Origin: Acidimicrobiales bacterium
GTDB taxonomy: Bacteria; Actinomycetota; Acidimicrobiia; Acidimicrobiales; UBA8190
DNA length: 64,000 bases
Reading direction: 5' to 3'
NCBI GenBank assembly: GCA_030040015.1
Contig: JASHUM010000123.1
Coordinates: 37,887 to 101,886, forward strand
Position 1 is the first letter of the stretch, and each line of letters starts with the position of its first letter. The position numbers and the translations under genes were made by a program. The notes beneath the pieces were generated by a model. It searched no databases, was not told where the DNA came from, and saw only the letters and a list, made by a program, of their open reading frames with translations. This document shows, piece by piece, positions 26,272 through 35,874 of the stretch.

Positions 26272-26714
26272 TGGAGGGCGGGGGCCGGGACCGAGGTGTT
26301 GCGGGCCCGGCGCACCATGTCGGCCAGCGTGAAGGAGTCGAGATGCTCGCGCATGTGCTCGCCGACGTCGGCCCACACCGCCAGCAGGGCGCACTGTCCC
26401 TCGTGCTCGCAGGCGCCGTTCTCGTGGGGGCGGCCGAAGTCCCCGGCGACGATGGGACCGTCCACGGCGCTCACGATCTCCCCCAGGGTGATGGCCGAGG
26501 GTTCTCTGGCGAGCACGTACCCGCCGCCGACCCCCCGCTTGGAGCGGACCAGGCCGGCCCCCTTCAGGGCCAGGAGGATCTGCTCCAGGTAGGGCTGGGG
26601 CAGCCCGGTGCGCTCGGCGATGTCGCGCACCGACGTGGGTGCCTGGCTCCCCTCGTGCAGCGCCAGCGACAACAGCGCCCGGCTGGCGTAGTCGCCCCGG
26701 GTGGAGACCTTCAC
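26268..26714 (-). CDS. Rrf2-family transcriptional regulator
   Basis: MKVSTRGDYASRALLSLA...SVRDIAERTGLPQPYLEQILLALKGAGLVRSKRGVGGGYVLAR, a winged-HTH typical of Rrf2/IscR/NsrR. GTG start. Confidence 0.85.
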   Translation of the reverse strand: MKVSTRGDYASRALLSLALHEGSQAPTSVRDIAERTGLPQPYLEQILLALKGAGLVRSKRGVGGGYVLAREPSAITLGEIVSAVDGPIVAGDFGRPHENGACEHEGQCALLAVWADVGEHMREHLDSFTLADMVRRARNTSVPAPALH

Positions 26715-26789
26715 GTTCCGATGCTACCGGCCGCAGGGGGCCGGTCCCCGGAGGCTGGGTACAGTGCCGCGGTGGTGACCGACGAGCCG

Positions 26790-27911
26790 ATGCTCCCCGA
26801 TTACCGGGGGGCGTGCGTCTCCCGGGTGGTTCCGGCGCTTCTCCGTGGCGGCGGCGTCGCCGAGCCGTGGATGGCCCCCTCGCTCGCAGACGCCACCCAG
26901 GTCCTCCTCCTGGTCGTCGACGGACTCGGCTGGGAGCAGTTCCTCGAGCACCGCCCCGAGCTGCCTTGCCTGGCGCAGGGAGAGGGCGGGGCCATCACTT
27001 CCGTCGTCCCCACCACCACGGCCACCGCCCTCACCTCGATCACCACCGGGAAGACCCCGGCCGAGCACGGGGTCCTGGGCTACCGGCTCGGGCTGGACGC
27101 CGAGGACGTGGCGGGCCCGGGCCCCCGGCGCCGGCCCGTGCTCAACGTCCTGCACTGGAGCGCGGGATCGGGCGACATGCGCAGCCGTCTGCCGGCCCGC
27201 ACCCTGCAGCCGAACGAGCCCTTCGGCCGCCCCGGTGTCCCGGTCGTCACCCGTTCCGAGTTCGCCCCCACCGGCTTCACCGCCGTGCACCTGGGCGGGG
27301 CGCGCCTGGCGGGGTGGCGCATGCCGTCCACCTTGGTGGTCGAGGCGCGGCGGCTGCTGCACCAGGGCGCGCCGTTCGTGTACGCCTACTACGACGGCGT
27401 CGACAAGGTGGCACACGAGCACGGGCTGGGCGAGCACTACCGAGCCGAGCTGCGCGCCGTGGACCGACTCGTCTCCGACCTGGTGGAATCCCTGCCCCCC
27501 GGTGCCGCCCTCGTGATCACCTCCGACCACGGGCAAGTCGAGGTGAAGGGCACGCCGCTGCTCCCCGGCGCCGACGTCATGGACCTCACCGAGCTGCTCT
27601 CGGGCGAGGGGCGGTTCCGGTGGCTGCACGCGCGGCCCGGGTCGGCCGACGACCTTCTGAAGGCGGCCGAACAGGCCTACGGCGAGGACGCCTGGGTGCG
27701 AAGCCGCGAACAGGTCGTCGACGAGGGGTGGTTCGGCGGGCCCCTGTCGCAGACGTTCTCGGACCGCCTGGGTGACGTCGCCGTGGTGGCGCGCCGCGCC
27801 GTAGCCTTCCTCGACCCCGCCGACCCCGGGGAGTCGAGTCTGGTGGCCCGGCACGGGTCGCTCACCTCGGCCGAGATGCTCGTCCCCTTCCTCGCCTTCA
27901 CCAACTCGTGA
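26790..27911 (+). CDS. Alkaline phosphatase superfamily protein (nucleotide pyrophosphatase/phosphodiesterase-like)
   Basis: LLLVVDGLGWEQ (metal-binding Asp), PTTTATALTSITTG (nucleophile Thr region), and YYDGVDKVAHEHG...ITSDHGQ distal metal ligands. Start is ATG 26790 or GTG 26772. Confidence 0.7.
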   Translation: MLPDYRGACVSRVVPALLRGGGVAEPWMAPSLADATQVLLLVVDGLGWEQFLEHRPELPCLAQGEGGAITSVVPTTTATALTSITTGKTPAEHGVLGYRLGLDAEDVAGPGPRRRPVLNVLHWSAGSGDMRSRLPARTLQPNEPFGRPGVPVVTRSEFAPTGFTAVHLGGARLAGWRMPSTLVVEARRLLHQGAPFVYAYYDGVDKVAHEHGLGEHYRAELRAVDRLVSDLVESLPPGAALVITSDHGQVEVKGTPLLPGADVMDLTELLSGEGRFRWLHARPGSADDLLKAAEQAYGEDAWVRSREQVVDEGWFGGPLSQTFSDRLGDVAVVARRAVAFLDPADPGESSLVARHGSLTSAEMLVPFLAFTNS

Positions 27912-28438
27912 CCGACCGAGGAGCCATGACCGAACACACCACCGTCCCGCCTGGACCCGAGCCCGCCGAGGCGGTGCTCCTCCACCCGAGCGATGCGACC
28001 GGCGCCGGCCAGGTCCCGGAGGAGCCGGTCGAGTCGGTGGAGCAGCCGGCCAAGGTGATGCGCATCGGCTCGATGGTGAAGCAGCTTCTCGACGAGGTGC
28101 GCAACGCCCCGCTCGACGAGGCCAGTCGGGTGCGCCTGAGGGAGATCTACGAGCAGTCGGTGCGTGAGCTCGCCGGCGCCCTCAGCCCCGACCTCGCTGC
28201 CGAGCTCGACCGCATGGCGCTGCCCTTCGACGAGTCGGCCCCTTCGGAGAGCCAGCTCCGGGTGGCCCAGGCGCAGCTGGTGGGGTGGCTCGAGGGCCTC
28301 TTCCACGGCATCCAGGCCACCTTGTTGGCCCAGCAGATGGCGGCCCGGGCCCAGCTCGACGAGATGCGGCAGCGGGGCCTCCCCCCCGGGGCGCGCCCCG
28401 AAGGTGGCACGCCCGAGCGGCCGGGCACCTACCTCTGA
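27908..28438 (+). CDS. bpa: Bacterial proteasome activator Bpa/PafE family (DUF2587-like)
   Basis: About 176 aa. Helical core (MRIGSMVKQLLDEVR...QLVGWLEGLFHGIQ), a flexible Pro/Gly tail, and C-terminus ...PGTYL, which resembles the GQYL proteasome-docking motif. GTG overlaps the upstream stop. Confidence 0.65.
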   Translation: MTDRGAMTEHTTVPPGPEPAEAVLLHPSDATGAGQVPEEPVESVEQPAKVMRIGSMVKQLLDEVRNAPLDEASRVRLREIYEQSVRELAGALSPDLAAELDRMALPFDESAPSESQLRVAQAQLVGWLEGLFHGIQATLLAQQMAARAQLDEMRQRGLPPGARPEGGTPERPGTYL

Positions 28439-28507
28439 GCGACGGCCGACGAGCCCGGGCACCGGCACAGCCGGTGCGCTATCGTCGAATGACACAGTTG
28501 TAGTTCT

Positions 28508-28549
28508 CCACAGGTTGTGCACATTCAGGTGTGCACATCCGGCCTGTGG
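28508..28549 (+). promoter_or_regulatory. Composite palindrome / extended hairpin upstream of dnaE (operator, 5'-UTR structure or bpa terminator)
   Basis: CCACAGG-t-TGTGCACA-ttcagg-TGTGCACA-tccgg-CCTGTGG. Two copies of the self-complementary octamer (28516-28523 and 28530-28537) are nested in a 7-bp inverted repeat (28508-28514 / 28543-28549). It sits in the lowest-GC patch of the region, 30 nt before the dnaE ATG. Confidence 0.4.
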
Positions 28550-28578
28550 TGGGGCCCGCCGAGGGAGGACGGGGGCGC

Positions 28579-31500
28579 ATGAGCGGCTCGGGCAGCTTCG
28601 CCCATCTCCACACCCACACCGAGTACTCGATGCTCGACGGAGCCGCTCGTATCGCCGAGCTCGTGGCCGCTGCCGCCGCCGACGGGCAGCCGGCGCTCGG
28701 CATCACCGACCACGGGAACATGTACGGGGTGCTCGACTTCTACCGGCTCTGCCGGGAGGCGGGCATCAACCCGGTGATCGGCACCGAGGCGTACATGGCA
28801 GCCGACAGCCGTCACGAGCGACCGGTGCGAAGGGGGCGCATCGACGACACCGGTGGTGACGTGGAAGGAGGGCAGAAGCTCTACTACCACCTGACGCTCC
28901 TGGCCGAGACGACGGCCGGGTACGGCAACCTCATGAAGCTGTCGTCCGAGGCTTTCCTGAGTGGCTACTACCACAAGCCCCGGTGCGACTGGGAGTTGCT
29001 CGACCGGTTCCACGACGGCCTCATCGCCACCACCGGCTGCCTGGGCGGCGTGGTGCTGCAGGCGCTGCTCGCCGACGACGAGCCACGGGCTCAGGCGCTG
29101 GCGGGCCGGCTCCAGGACATCTTCGGGCGCGACTCGCTGTTCGTCGAGCTCCAGGACCACGGCCTTGCCGAGCAGCGCCGCACCAACCCGGCGCTGGTGC
29201 GCATCGCCCGCAACCTCGGCGCGCCGCTGCTCGCCACCAACGACAGCCACTACACCCACAGGTCCGACGCCGTCGCCCATGACGCCCTGCTGTGCGTGCA
29301 GACCGGCGCCAAGATCGACGACCCGAAGCGGTTCAAGTTCGAGGGGGAGGAGCACTACCTGAAGAGCGCGGCGGAGATGCGCACCCTCTTCGGAGAGCTG
29401 CCCGAGGCGTGCGACAACACGCTCGTCATCGCAGGTCGCGCCGACGTGGACATCGAGTTCGGTGTCGACGCCCTGCCCGAGTTCCCGATTCCCCCCGACG
29501 TCCCCGGGAACGGCAACGAGGAGCGGGCTTCGGCGTACCTGCGCAAGCTCGCCCTGCAGGGAGCCGGCGACCGCTACGGCTCGCCGCTGCCTTCGACGGT
29601 GGTCGAGCGTCTCGACTACGAGCTCGGCGTCATCGCCTCCATGGGCTTCTCCGCCTACTTCCTGGTGGTGTGGGACCTGATCCACCATGCCCGGACCTCC
29701 GGCATCCGGGTGGGGCCGGGCCGGGGATCGGCGGCTGGGTGCTGCGTGGCCTACTGCCTGGGCATCGTCGACCTGGACCCCATCCGCTACGACCTGCTCT
29801 TCGAGCGCTTCCTCAACCCGGGCCGCAAGCAGATGCCCGACATCGACATGGACTTCGACGAGCGCTCCCGGAGCGAGATGATCCGGTACGCGACGGAGCG
29901 CTACGGGTCGGACCACGTGGCCCAGATCGTCACGTTCTCGACCATCAAGGCCCGGGCCGCTGTGCGCGACGCGGCGCGGGTGCTGGGGCTGCCCTACGTG
30001 GTGGGGGACAAGATCGCCAAGGCCATGCCGCCGCTGGTCATGGGCCGCGACACCCCCCTTCGTGCCTGCCTCGAGAAGGCCGAGGGCCACGAGGACGGGT
30101 ACGTGAGCGCCCAGGGGCTGCGCGAGATGTACGCCAGTGACCCTGAGGCGGCCCGGGTCATCGACGTGGCCAAGGGTCTCGAAGGCCTGCGCCGCCAGGA
30201 CGGCATCCACGCCGCAGCCGTGGTCATCACCAAGGACCCGCTCACCGAGTACCTGCCCGTCCAGCGCAAGCCCGAAGCGGGGCAGGACCCGGGCGAGGCA
30301 CCCATCGTCACCCAGTACGAGATGCACGCCGTGGAGCAGCTCGGGCTGCTCAAGATGGACTTCCTGGGACTGCGGAACCTGTCCGTGATCGAGCGTGCCC
30401 TGGACCTGGTGGAGCGGACCGAGGGTGTGCGGCCCGACATCGACGCCGTCGCCCTCGACGACGAGGCCACGTTCGAGATGCTGCGCAGGGCCGAGACCAT
30501 CGGCGTGTTCCAGCTCGAGGGCGGGCCCATGCGCTCCACCCTCCGGGCGCTCGCCCCGACCTCCTTCGACGACGTCGCCGCCCTGGTCGCCCTGTACCGA
30601 CCGGGCCCCATGGCGGCCAACATGCACCGCGACTACCCCGAGCTGAAGAACGGCCGCAAGGCGCTCTCCTACATCCATCCCGACATGGAGGCCATCCTCG
30701 GCGACACCTACGGGCTCATGCTCTACCAGGAGTCGGTGATGCGGGTGGCCCAGCGCTTCGCCGGTTACACGCTCGAGGAGGCCGACAACCTGCGCAAGGC
30801 GTGCGGGAAGAAGAACCGTGCCCTCATCGCCGCCGAGCGCGAGAAATTCGTGAAGGGATGCGTCGAGCGGGGATACGACGATCGGCTCGGCACCGAGCTG
30901 TTCGACATCATCGAGCCCTTCGCCGACTACGCCTTCAACAAGTCGCACGCCTACGGCTACGGGCTCGTCGCCTACCAGACGGCGTGGCTCAAGGCCCACC
31001 ACCCGGTGGAGTACCTGGCCGCCCTGCTCACCTCGGTGAAGGACGACAAGGACCGCACCGCTGTCTACCTGGCCGAGTGCCGGGCAATGGGGATCGAGGT
31101 GCTCGTTCCCGACGTGAACCGGTCCGCCGCCGAATTCACCCCGCTGACCGGCGAGGACGGTTGCCGGCGCATCGTCTTCGGGCTGGCCGCCGTGCGCAAC
31201 GTGGGGGAGAGCCTGGTCGAACGGATCGTGGCCGAGCGCCAGGGGGGCGGTGCCTTCACCGATTTCTACGATTTCTGCCGGCGGGTGGACCCGGTCGTGC
31301 TCAACAAACGCACGGTGGAGTCACTGGTCAAGGCGGGCGCCTTCGACTCGCTCGGCCATCCCCGCCAGGGGCTGTTCCTGGTCTTCGAGGAGATCGTCGA
31401 CCGCACCCTCGAACGCCGGCGCGAGGAGCAGGCGGGGATCTCAACGCTGTTCTCCGCCCTGGAGGAGCCGGGCGACGTGCAGGGCAACGGGCATGCCGCC

Positions 31501-32175
31501 TTCGCCGAGGCTCGCCGTCCCATCCCCGACACCGAGTTCGCCAAGGGACCCCGCCTCGCTTTCGAGAAGGAGATGCTCGGCCTCTACGTGAGCGACCATC
31601 CGCTTCGGGGCTTCGAGGGGGCGCTGGCCCGGCTCACCGACTGCCCGATCGCCGAGCTGAAGGACTTCGACGACCCGGTCGAGACCGGGATGGGACGCGA
31701 CGGCCAGGTCCGCACCGTGGGCGGGGTGATCACCGGCCTCAACCGCCGCTACACGAAACGGGGCGAGCTCATGGCCACCTTCCAGCTCGAGGACGTGGCC
31801 GCCTCGGTCGAGGTGTTCGTCTTCCCCAAGGTGATGGCGGAATTGGGCCACAAGCTCGAGAACGACGCCGTGGTGGTGGTGCGGGGACGGATCGACACCC
31901 GCGACGAGGAGCTCAAGCTGTCGTGCATGGGCCTCGAGCGCCACGAGCTCAAGGAAGGCACCGGGCCGCTCAAGGTGCAGCTGCCCATGGGGCTGAGCGA
32001 CGACGTCCTGGAGCGGCTCAAGGGGGTCCTGGTCGAGCACCCCGGCGACGAACCGGTGCACGTGCAGGTGGGCCAGACGACGTTGCAGCTGCCCGCAGAA
32101 TTCAACGTCGACAGCCGTCGCGGGCTGGTGGGGGAACTCCGGGTGCTTCTCGGCCCGCACGCCGTGCTGGCCTGA
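28579..32175 (+). CDS. dnaE: DNA polymerase III subunit alpha (DnaE1)
   Basis: PHP domain HLHTHTEYSMLDGA...ITDHGNMYG, polymerase core PDIDMDF, GLLKMDFLGLRNL and HAAAVVI, and a C-terminal OB fold. SD GAGGGAGG upstream of ATG 28579. Confidence 0.97.
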   Translation: MSGSGSFAHLHTHTEYSMLDGAARIAELVAAAAADGQPALGITDHGNMYGVLDFYRLCREAGINPVIGTEAYMAADSRHERPVRRGRIDDTGGDVEGGQKLYYHLTLLAETTAGYGNLMKLSSEAFLSGYYHKPRCDWELLDRFHDGLIATTGCLGGVVLQALLADDEPRAQALAGRLQDIFGRDSLFVELQDHGLAEQRRTNPALVRIARNLGAPLLATNDSHYTHRSDAVAHDALLCVQTGAKIDDPKRFKFEGEEHYLKSAAEMRTLFGELPEACDNTLVIAGRADVDIEFGVDALPEFPIPPDVPGNGNEERASAYLRKLALQGAGDRYGSPLPSTVVERLDYELGVIASMGFSAYFLVVWDLIHHARTSGIRVGPGRGSAAGCCVAYCLGIVDLDPIRYDLLFERFLNPGRKQMPDIDMDFDERSRSEMIRYATERYGSDHVAQIVTFSTIKARAAVRDAARVLGLPYVVGDKIAKAMPPLVMGRDTPLRACLEKAEGHEDGYVSAQGLREMYASDPEAARVIDVAKGLEGLRRQDGIHAAAVVITKDPLTEYLPVQRKPEAGQDPGEAPIVTQYEMHAVEQLGLLKMDFLGLRNLSVIERALDLVERTEGVRPDIDAVALDDEATFEMLRRAETIGVFQLEGGPMRSTLRALAPTSFDDVAALVALYRPGPMAANMHRDYPELKNGRKALSYIHPDMEAILGDTYGLMLYQESVMRVAQRFAGYTLEEADNLRKACGKKNRALIAAEREKFVKGCVERGYDDRLGTELFDIIEPFADYAFNKSHAYGYGLVAYQTAWLKAHHPVEYLAALLTSVKDDKDRTAVYLAECRAMGIEVLVPDVNRSAAEFTPLTGEDGCRRIVFGLAAVRNVGESLVERIVAERQGGGAFTDFYDFCRRVDPVVLNKRTVESLVKAGAFDSLGHPRQGLFLVFEEIVDRTLERRREEQAGISTLFSALEEPGDVQGNGHAAFAEARRPIPDTEFAKGPRLAFEKEMLGLYVSDHPLRGFEGALARLTDCPIAELKDFDDPVETGMGRDGQVRTVGGVITGLNRRYTKRGELMATFQLEDVAASVEVFVFPKVMAELGHKLENDAVVVVRGRIDTRDEELKLSCMGLERHELKEGTGPLKVQLPMGLSDDVLERLKGVLVEHPGDEPVHVQVGQTTLQLPAEFNVDSRRGLVGELRVLLGPHAVLA

Positions 32176-32308
32176 GGGAACCCCAGGTGGCACGGTCGCT
32201 CGGACCGGGGCGCCAGAGATGCGCGCCGGAGACCCGGCCTCGTGGGGAACCCCTTCTCGGGGGGAAGTATCCTGGGTGGAACCCCGTGGCCAGGAGGTGG
32301 GCTTTCCC

Positions 32309-32998
32309 ATGTCGTTCGAAGTCGGGACCAAGGACTGCACAGCACTGAGCGACGCCGAGCTGGCCGAGATGGCCGACCTGTGCGTCGACCGCGATCCCGG
32401 GTTCGACATCGGATTCCTGTCCAAGCAGTGCGAGGAGTGGGTCCTCGTCACCCACGCCCGGGAGGGGTCGAAGCTGCGGGGCTACTCCTTCTCCACTCTC
32501 GAGCGCATCGGGGGCACCCCGTCGCTGCTCATCGGGCTGGCCACCGTGGACCGCACCGCCAAGGCCGACCAGGCGCTCAAGCTCATGCTGGGCGACCAGT
32601 ACCGCCGGGCCCTGCTCGCCTTCCCCGACGAGGACGTGCTCGTGGGCACCCGCCTGGCCGGCCCCTGTGGGTATCAGGCCTTCGGCGGCCTGAGCGACGT
32701 CGTCCCCCGCCCCGAGCACAAGCCCACGGGCGAGGAGCGGGCGTGGGGACGGCGCCTGGCCAAACGTTTCGGCGCCGACGGACGGATCGACGACCGCACC
32801 TTCGTGCTGGCCGGCGACAGCGCCACGACCGGCGCCCTGGACTTCGACGGCCCCAAGGTGAAGGAGCCGGCAGACGGGGTGGCCAAGCTCTTCGCCGCCG
32901 TCAAAGCCGGTCGGGGCGACCGCCTGGTCACGTTCGGCTGGGCCATGGCCGAGGACCTGGCTTCGGGGACCCTGGTCTCCGGACGCGCCGCGCGCTGA
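32309..32998 (+). CDS. Hypothetical protein (229 aa, no family recognised)
   Basis: ATG preceded by SD CAGGAGGTGG (32291-32300). Strong G/C third-position bias throughout. No motifs I can assign. Confidence 0.6.
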   Translation: MSFEVGTKDCTALSDAELAEMADLCVDRDPGFDIGFLSKQCEEWVLVTHAREGSKLRGYSFSTLERIGGTPSLLIGLATVDRTAKADQALKLMLGDQYRRALLAFPDEDVLVGTRLAGPCGYQAFGGLSDVVPRPEHKPTGEERAWGRRLAKRFGADGRIDDRTFVLAGDSATTGALDFDGPKVKEPADGVAKLFAAVKAGRGDRLVTFGWAMAEDLASGTLVSGRAAR

Positions 32999-33020
32999 GC
33001 CGGGGCGTCGACCGGGCGCG

Positions 33021-33653
33021 CTAGGGGCGGGGCAGCAGCGCAGCGACCGTCTTGTAGCAGTGCCCCTGGCGGGGCCGGCTCAAGGTGACGAGCACGAAGT
33101 GGGGACGGTACCCCAGCGCGCCGGCCAGGGCCCGACCCGAGAGCCGGTCCCGGCTCGCCGCCCACATGCAGGTCAGGGCGCGGCGATCCTCGACCGGCAG
33201 CCAGTGGTCGCTTCCGGGCCAGCCGAAGCGGGCCCAGACCGAGGTGTCGTCCCGCTTGAACAGCGCCGGGCCCCGGCTCGGGACGACCAGCGCCACCGAC
33301 GGGCGCATCCCGTGGAACTCCCAGTAGGGAGCGGCTGACCCGGTGAAGCCGAGGAGCTGCTGTTGGGGCGGTGCCACCAGCGACTTGAGCAGGCCCCGGG
33401 CCCGGCGTCCCCGCAGGGCACCGGCCAGGGCAGGGGGACCGGCCAGGCTCACCGCTTCGGGCTGGGCCATGTCGTCGCGTTGAGGATCGTCGGCCCACAC
33501 GGCGTCGATCACGTCGTAGGGCAGGAAAGCGCCCTCCTCGAGGAGCCCGTCCCCGGTGCGCAGCCGCACGAACGCTCCGTTGCGCAGCTCCACGGCGGTG
33601 AGGTCGTCGGGCCCCGAGGCGAGGACCAGGAGCCGGCGGGTCCCTCGCGACAT
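33021..33653 (-). CDS. Hypothetical protein (210 aa, no family recognised)
   Basis: ATG at the complement of 33651-33653 (MSRGTRRLLVLASGPDD...). The longer ORF-track version (to 34349) would overlap the upstream YyaL-like gene in another frame. Coding-like codon bias. Confidence 0.55.
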   Translation of the reverse strand: MSRGTRRLLVLASGPDDLTAVELRNGAFVRLRTGDGLLEEGAFLPYDVIDAVWADDPQRDDMAQPEAVSLAGPPALAGALRGRRARGLLKSLVAPPQQQLLGFTGSAAPYWEFHGMRPSVALVVPSRGPALFKRDDTSVWARFGWPGSDHWLPVEDRRALTCMWAASRDRLSGRALAGALGYRPHFVLVTLSRPRQGHCYKTVAALLPRP

Positions 33654-33733
33654 CGGAGCCAGGTGTCTCTTCCGGCGCACCTCGTCGGGGGCTGCCGAGT
33701 GCCGGCCGCTACGGCGCCGGCGACGCGCCGGGC

Positions 33734-35788
33734 TCATCGGGGGTCGAGAAGACCGGGCTCGAGTCGCCGAGCCGACGCCGCCTCGAGCCGCTCGGTCAGG
33801 GCTTCGGGGGTGTCGGCCGGAGCGCTGCACACGCGGCGACGGCACACATAGCCGTACCCGTCGTCGCGTCCCTCCCACAGCGGGGAGGTGGTGCGCTCGC
33901 CCCAGAGCACCACGGCGTCGGGTTGGTAGCGGCGCCGGACCGTCTCGAGGAGGTCGGGCCGCTCTCCCGTCACGACCACTTCGGTCGTGCCCTCGGCCAC
34001 CAGCTCCGAGGCGGCCACGGCGAAGGCACCGGCCAGCGGCTGGCGCTCGAGGAGTGTGTCCAACGAGGCGAGGAGGCCGGCCCCGGTCTCGGCCATGGCG
34101 TCGTCGCCGCGCATGGCCCCCAGTCGTACCAGGGCCATCCCCCCCACGGCGGTGGCCGAAGGAGTGGCGTCGTCCATGGCCTCCACGGGACGCACGATGA
34201 GCATCTCGGCGTCGGAACCGGTGGTGCGCAACGGTCCGTCGTCGGGACGGAACAGCGCCACCAGGTCGGAGGCGACGGCAGCCGCCTCGTCCAACCAGCT
34301 CGCCTTGCCGGTGAGCTCCGACAGGCGAGTGAAGGCGTCGACCAGCCACGCGTAGTCACCGGCGTAGGCGAGTGTCCCGGCCCGCCCGCCCTGCCAGGAA
34401 CGCAGCCACCGGCCCCGCCGGTCACGCAGGTTGGCGAGGAGGAAGCCGGCCATCTCCTCGGCGGCGCGCCCCCACTCGGGCCGGGCCGTGGCTGCCGCCG
34501 TTTCGGCCAGCGCCGAGCAGAACATGGCGTTCCACTCGGTGAGGACCTTGTCGTCGAGCCCGGGGCGGACCCGACCGGTGCGCGCCGCGAGAAGGGCACG
34601 ACGCCAACCCTCTTCTTCGCCAGAGCGCACGAGCGACGCGGCGGGGTCCAGGCGCAGGATGCTGCGCCCCTCGAAGTTGGGGCCGGCGTCGACGCCGTAG
34701 CGGCGAGCGGCGCCTCGTGCATCGGGCCCGAGCACGGTCGCCAGCTCCTGCGCCGTCCACAGGTAGAAGCGCCCCTCCTCGCCTTCGGAGTCGGCGTCTT
34801 CGGCCGAGTAGCACCCGCCGGCGTCGTCGCGCAGGTCGCGCAGCACGTAGGTCACGGTGTCGTCCACCACCTGCAGCCATTCGCGCCGCCCGGTGGCCTG
34901 CCAGGCATGCAGGTAGGCGCGGAGCAGTCCGGCTTGGTCGTAGAGCATCTTCTCGAAGTGCGGGACGGTCCACGTGTCGTCGGTGGAGTAGCGGGCGAAG
35001 CCGCCGCCCAGCTGGTCGTGCATGCCGCCGGCTGCCATGGCCCGAAGGGTGTGCTCGGCCATGTGACGAGCGGCGTCGTCACCTTCGAGCCGCCAGGCGC
35101 GCAGGCACAGCTCGACCAGCGCCGGTTGGGGGAATTTGGGGGCGGAGCCGAAGCCTCCCCACACCGGGTCGAAACGCGCCGCCAGCTCCGACACGGCGCC
35201 GCGCAGACGCGTCCGGTACTCCGAGCTCGCCGCCGCGCCGTCGCCGCCCGTGACCCCGTGGCGGGTGGCGAGGTCGGGTGCGGCCTGCTGGGCGGCGGCG
35301 CGAGCCAGGGCGTCGGCCTGGCGCTCCACGTCGTGGCGTCGCCCCGTCCATGCCTCGCTCACCGCGCCGAGGAGGCGCCGGAACCCCGGGAGCCCGTGGC
35401 GGTCGGTGGGCGGGAAGTACGTGCCGGCGAAGAAGGGACGACCGTCGGGGGTCAGGAAGACGCTCATCGGCCATCCTCCCTGTCCGTTCACGGCCAGCAC
35501 CGCCGACATGTACACCGCGTCGACATCGGGCCGTTCCTCGCGGTCGACCTTCACCGCCACGAACCCGTCGTTCAGGACCCGGGCCACCCCCTCGTCCTCG
35601 AACGACTCGTGAGCCATGACGTGGCACCAGTGACAGGCGGAGTACCCGACGGACAGGAACACGGGGACGTCACGATCGGCCGCCGTGCTGAACGCTTCTT
35701 CTCCCCACGGGAACCAGTCGACGGGGTTCCCGGCGTGCTGGCGGAGATAGGGGCTTCGCTCGGTCGCCAGGCGGTTTCCTGTCACCAC
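33734..35788 (-). CDS. Thioredoxin-domain-containing protein, YyaL/DUF255 family (N-terminal Trx-like domain plus six-hairpin glycosidase-like domain)
   Basis: [22 protein letters not shown]...[20 protein letters not shown] is the hallmark N-terminus of the family. 684 aa from GTG 35788. Confidence 0.85.
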   Translation of the reverse strand: MVTGNRLATERSPYLRQHAGNPVDWFPWGEEAFSTAADRDVPVFLSVGYSACHWCHVMAHESFEDEGVARVLNDGFVAVKVDREERPDVDAVYMSAVLAVNGQGGWPMSVFLTPDGRPFFAGTYFPPTDRHGLPGFRRLLGAVSEAWTGRRHDVERQADALARAAAQQAAPDLATRHGVTGGDGAAASSEYRTRLRGAVSELAARFDPVWGGFGSAPKFPQPALVELCLRAWRLEGDDAARHMAEHTLRAMAAGGMHDQLGGGFARYSTDDTWTVPHFEKMLYDQAGLLRAYLHAWQATGRREWLQVVDDTVTYVLRDLRDDAGGCYSAEDADSEGEEGRFYLWTAQELATVLGPDARGAARRYGVDAGPNFEGRSILRLDPAASLVRSGEEEGWRRALLAARTGRVRPGLDDKVLTEWNAMFCSALAETAAATARPEWGRAAEEMAGFLLANLRDRRGRWLRSWQGGRAGTLAYAGDYAWLVDAFTRLSELTGKASWLDEAAAVASDLVALFRPDDGPLRTTGSDAEMLIVRPVEAMDDATPSATAVGGMALVRLGAMRGDDAMAETGAGLLASLDTLLERQPLAGAFAVAASELVAEGTTEVVVTGERPDLLETVRRRYQPDAVVLWGERTTSPLWEGRDDGYGYVCRRRVCSAPADTPEALTERLEAASARRLEPGLLDPR

Positions 35789-35860
35789 CGGGCCAGCGTA
35801 CCGACGGCGGCCTGCCGCCCCGGTTCGCCTGCGGTGCGCCGAGGCCCAGGGCGCGGGCCG

Positions 35861-35866
35861 TAGGGT
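35861..35866 (+). promoter_or_regulatory. Candidate -10 element (TAGGGT) for a leaderless SDR-tyrS operon transcript
   Basis: TAGGGT fits TAnnnT. Eight nt separate it from GTG 35875, and there is no SD. Confidence 0.25.
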
Positions 35867-35874
35867 GTGGCGCC

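Noticed and set aside
26731-26748. CCGGCC-N6-GGCCGG inverted repeat in the Rrf2/phosphatase divergent spacer as an Rrf2 operator.
   Set aside because: It is only 6 bp, GC-only, and expected by chance at this base composition. Known Rrf2 operators are longer and AT-richer. It is mentioned only as something to test in the Bpa finding.
28481-28500. Possible LexA/SOS box or RecA-independent damage promoter upstream of dnaE (TCGAAT..., TGACAC).
   Set aside because: Only a half-site-like TCGAAT is present, with no matching GTTCGA partner. There is no TGTCGGTG-N8-TAnnnT arrangement.
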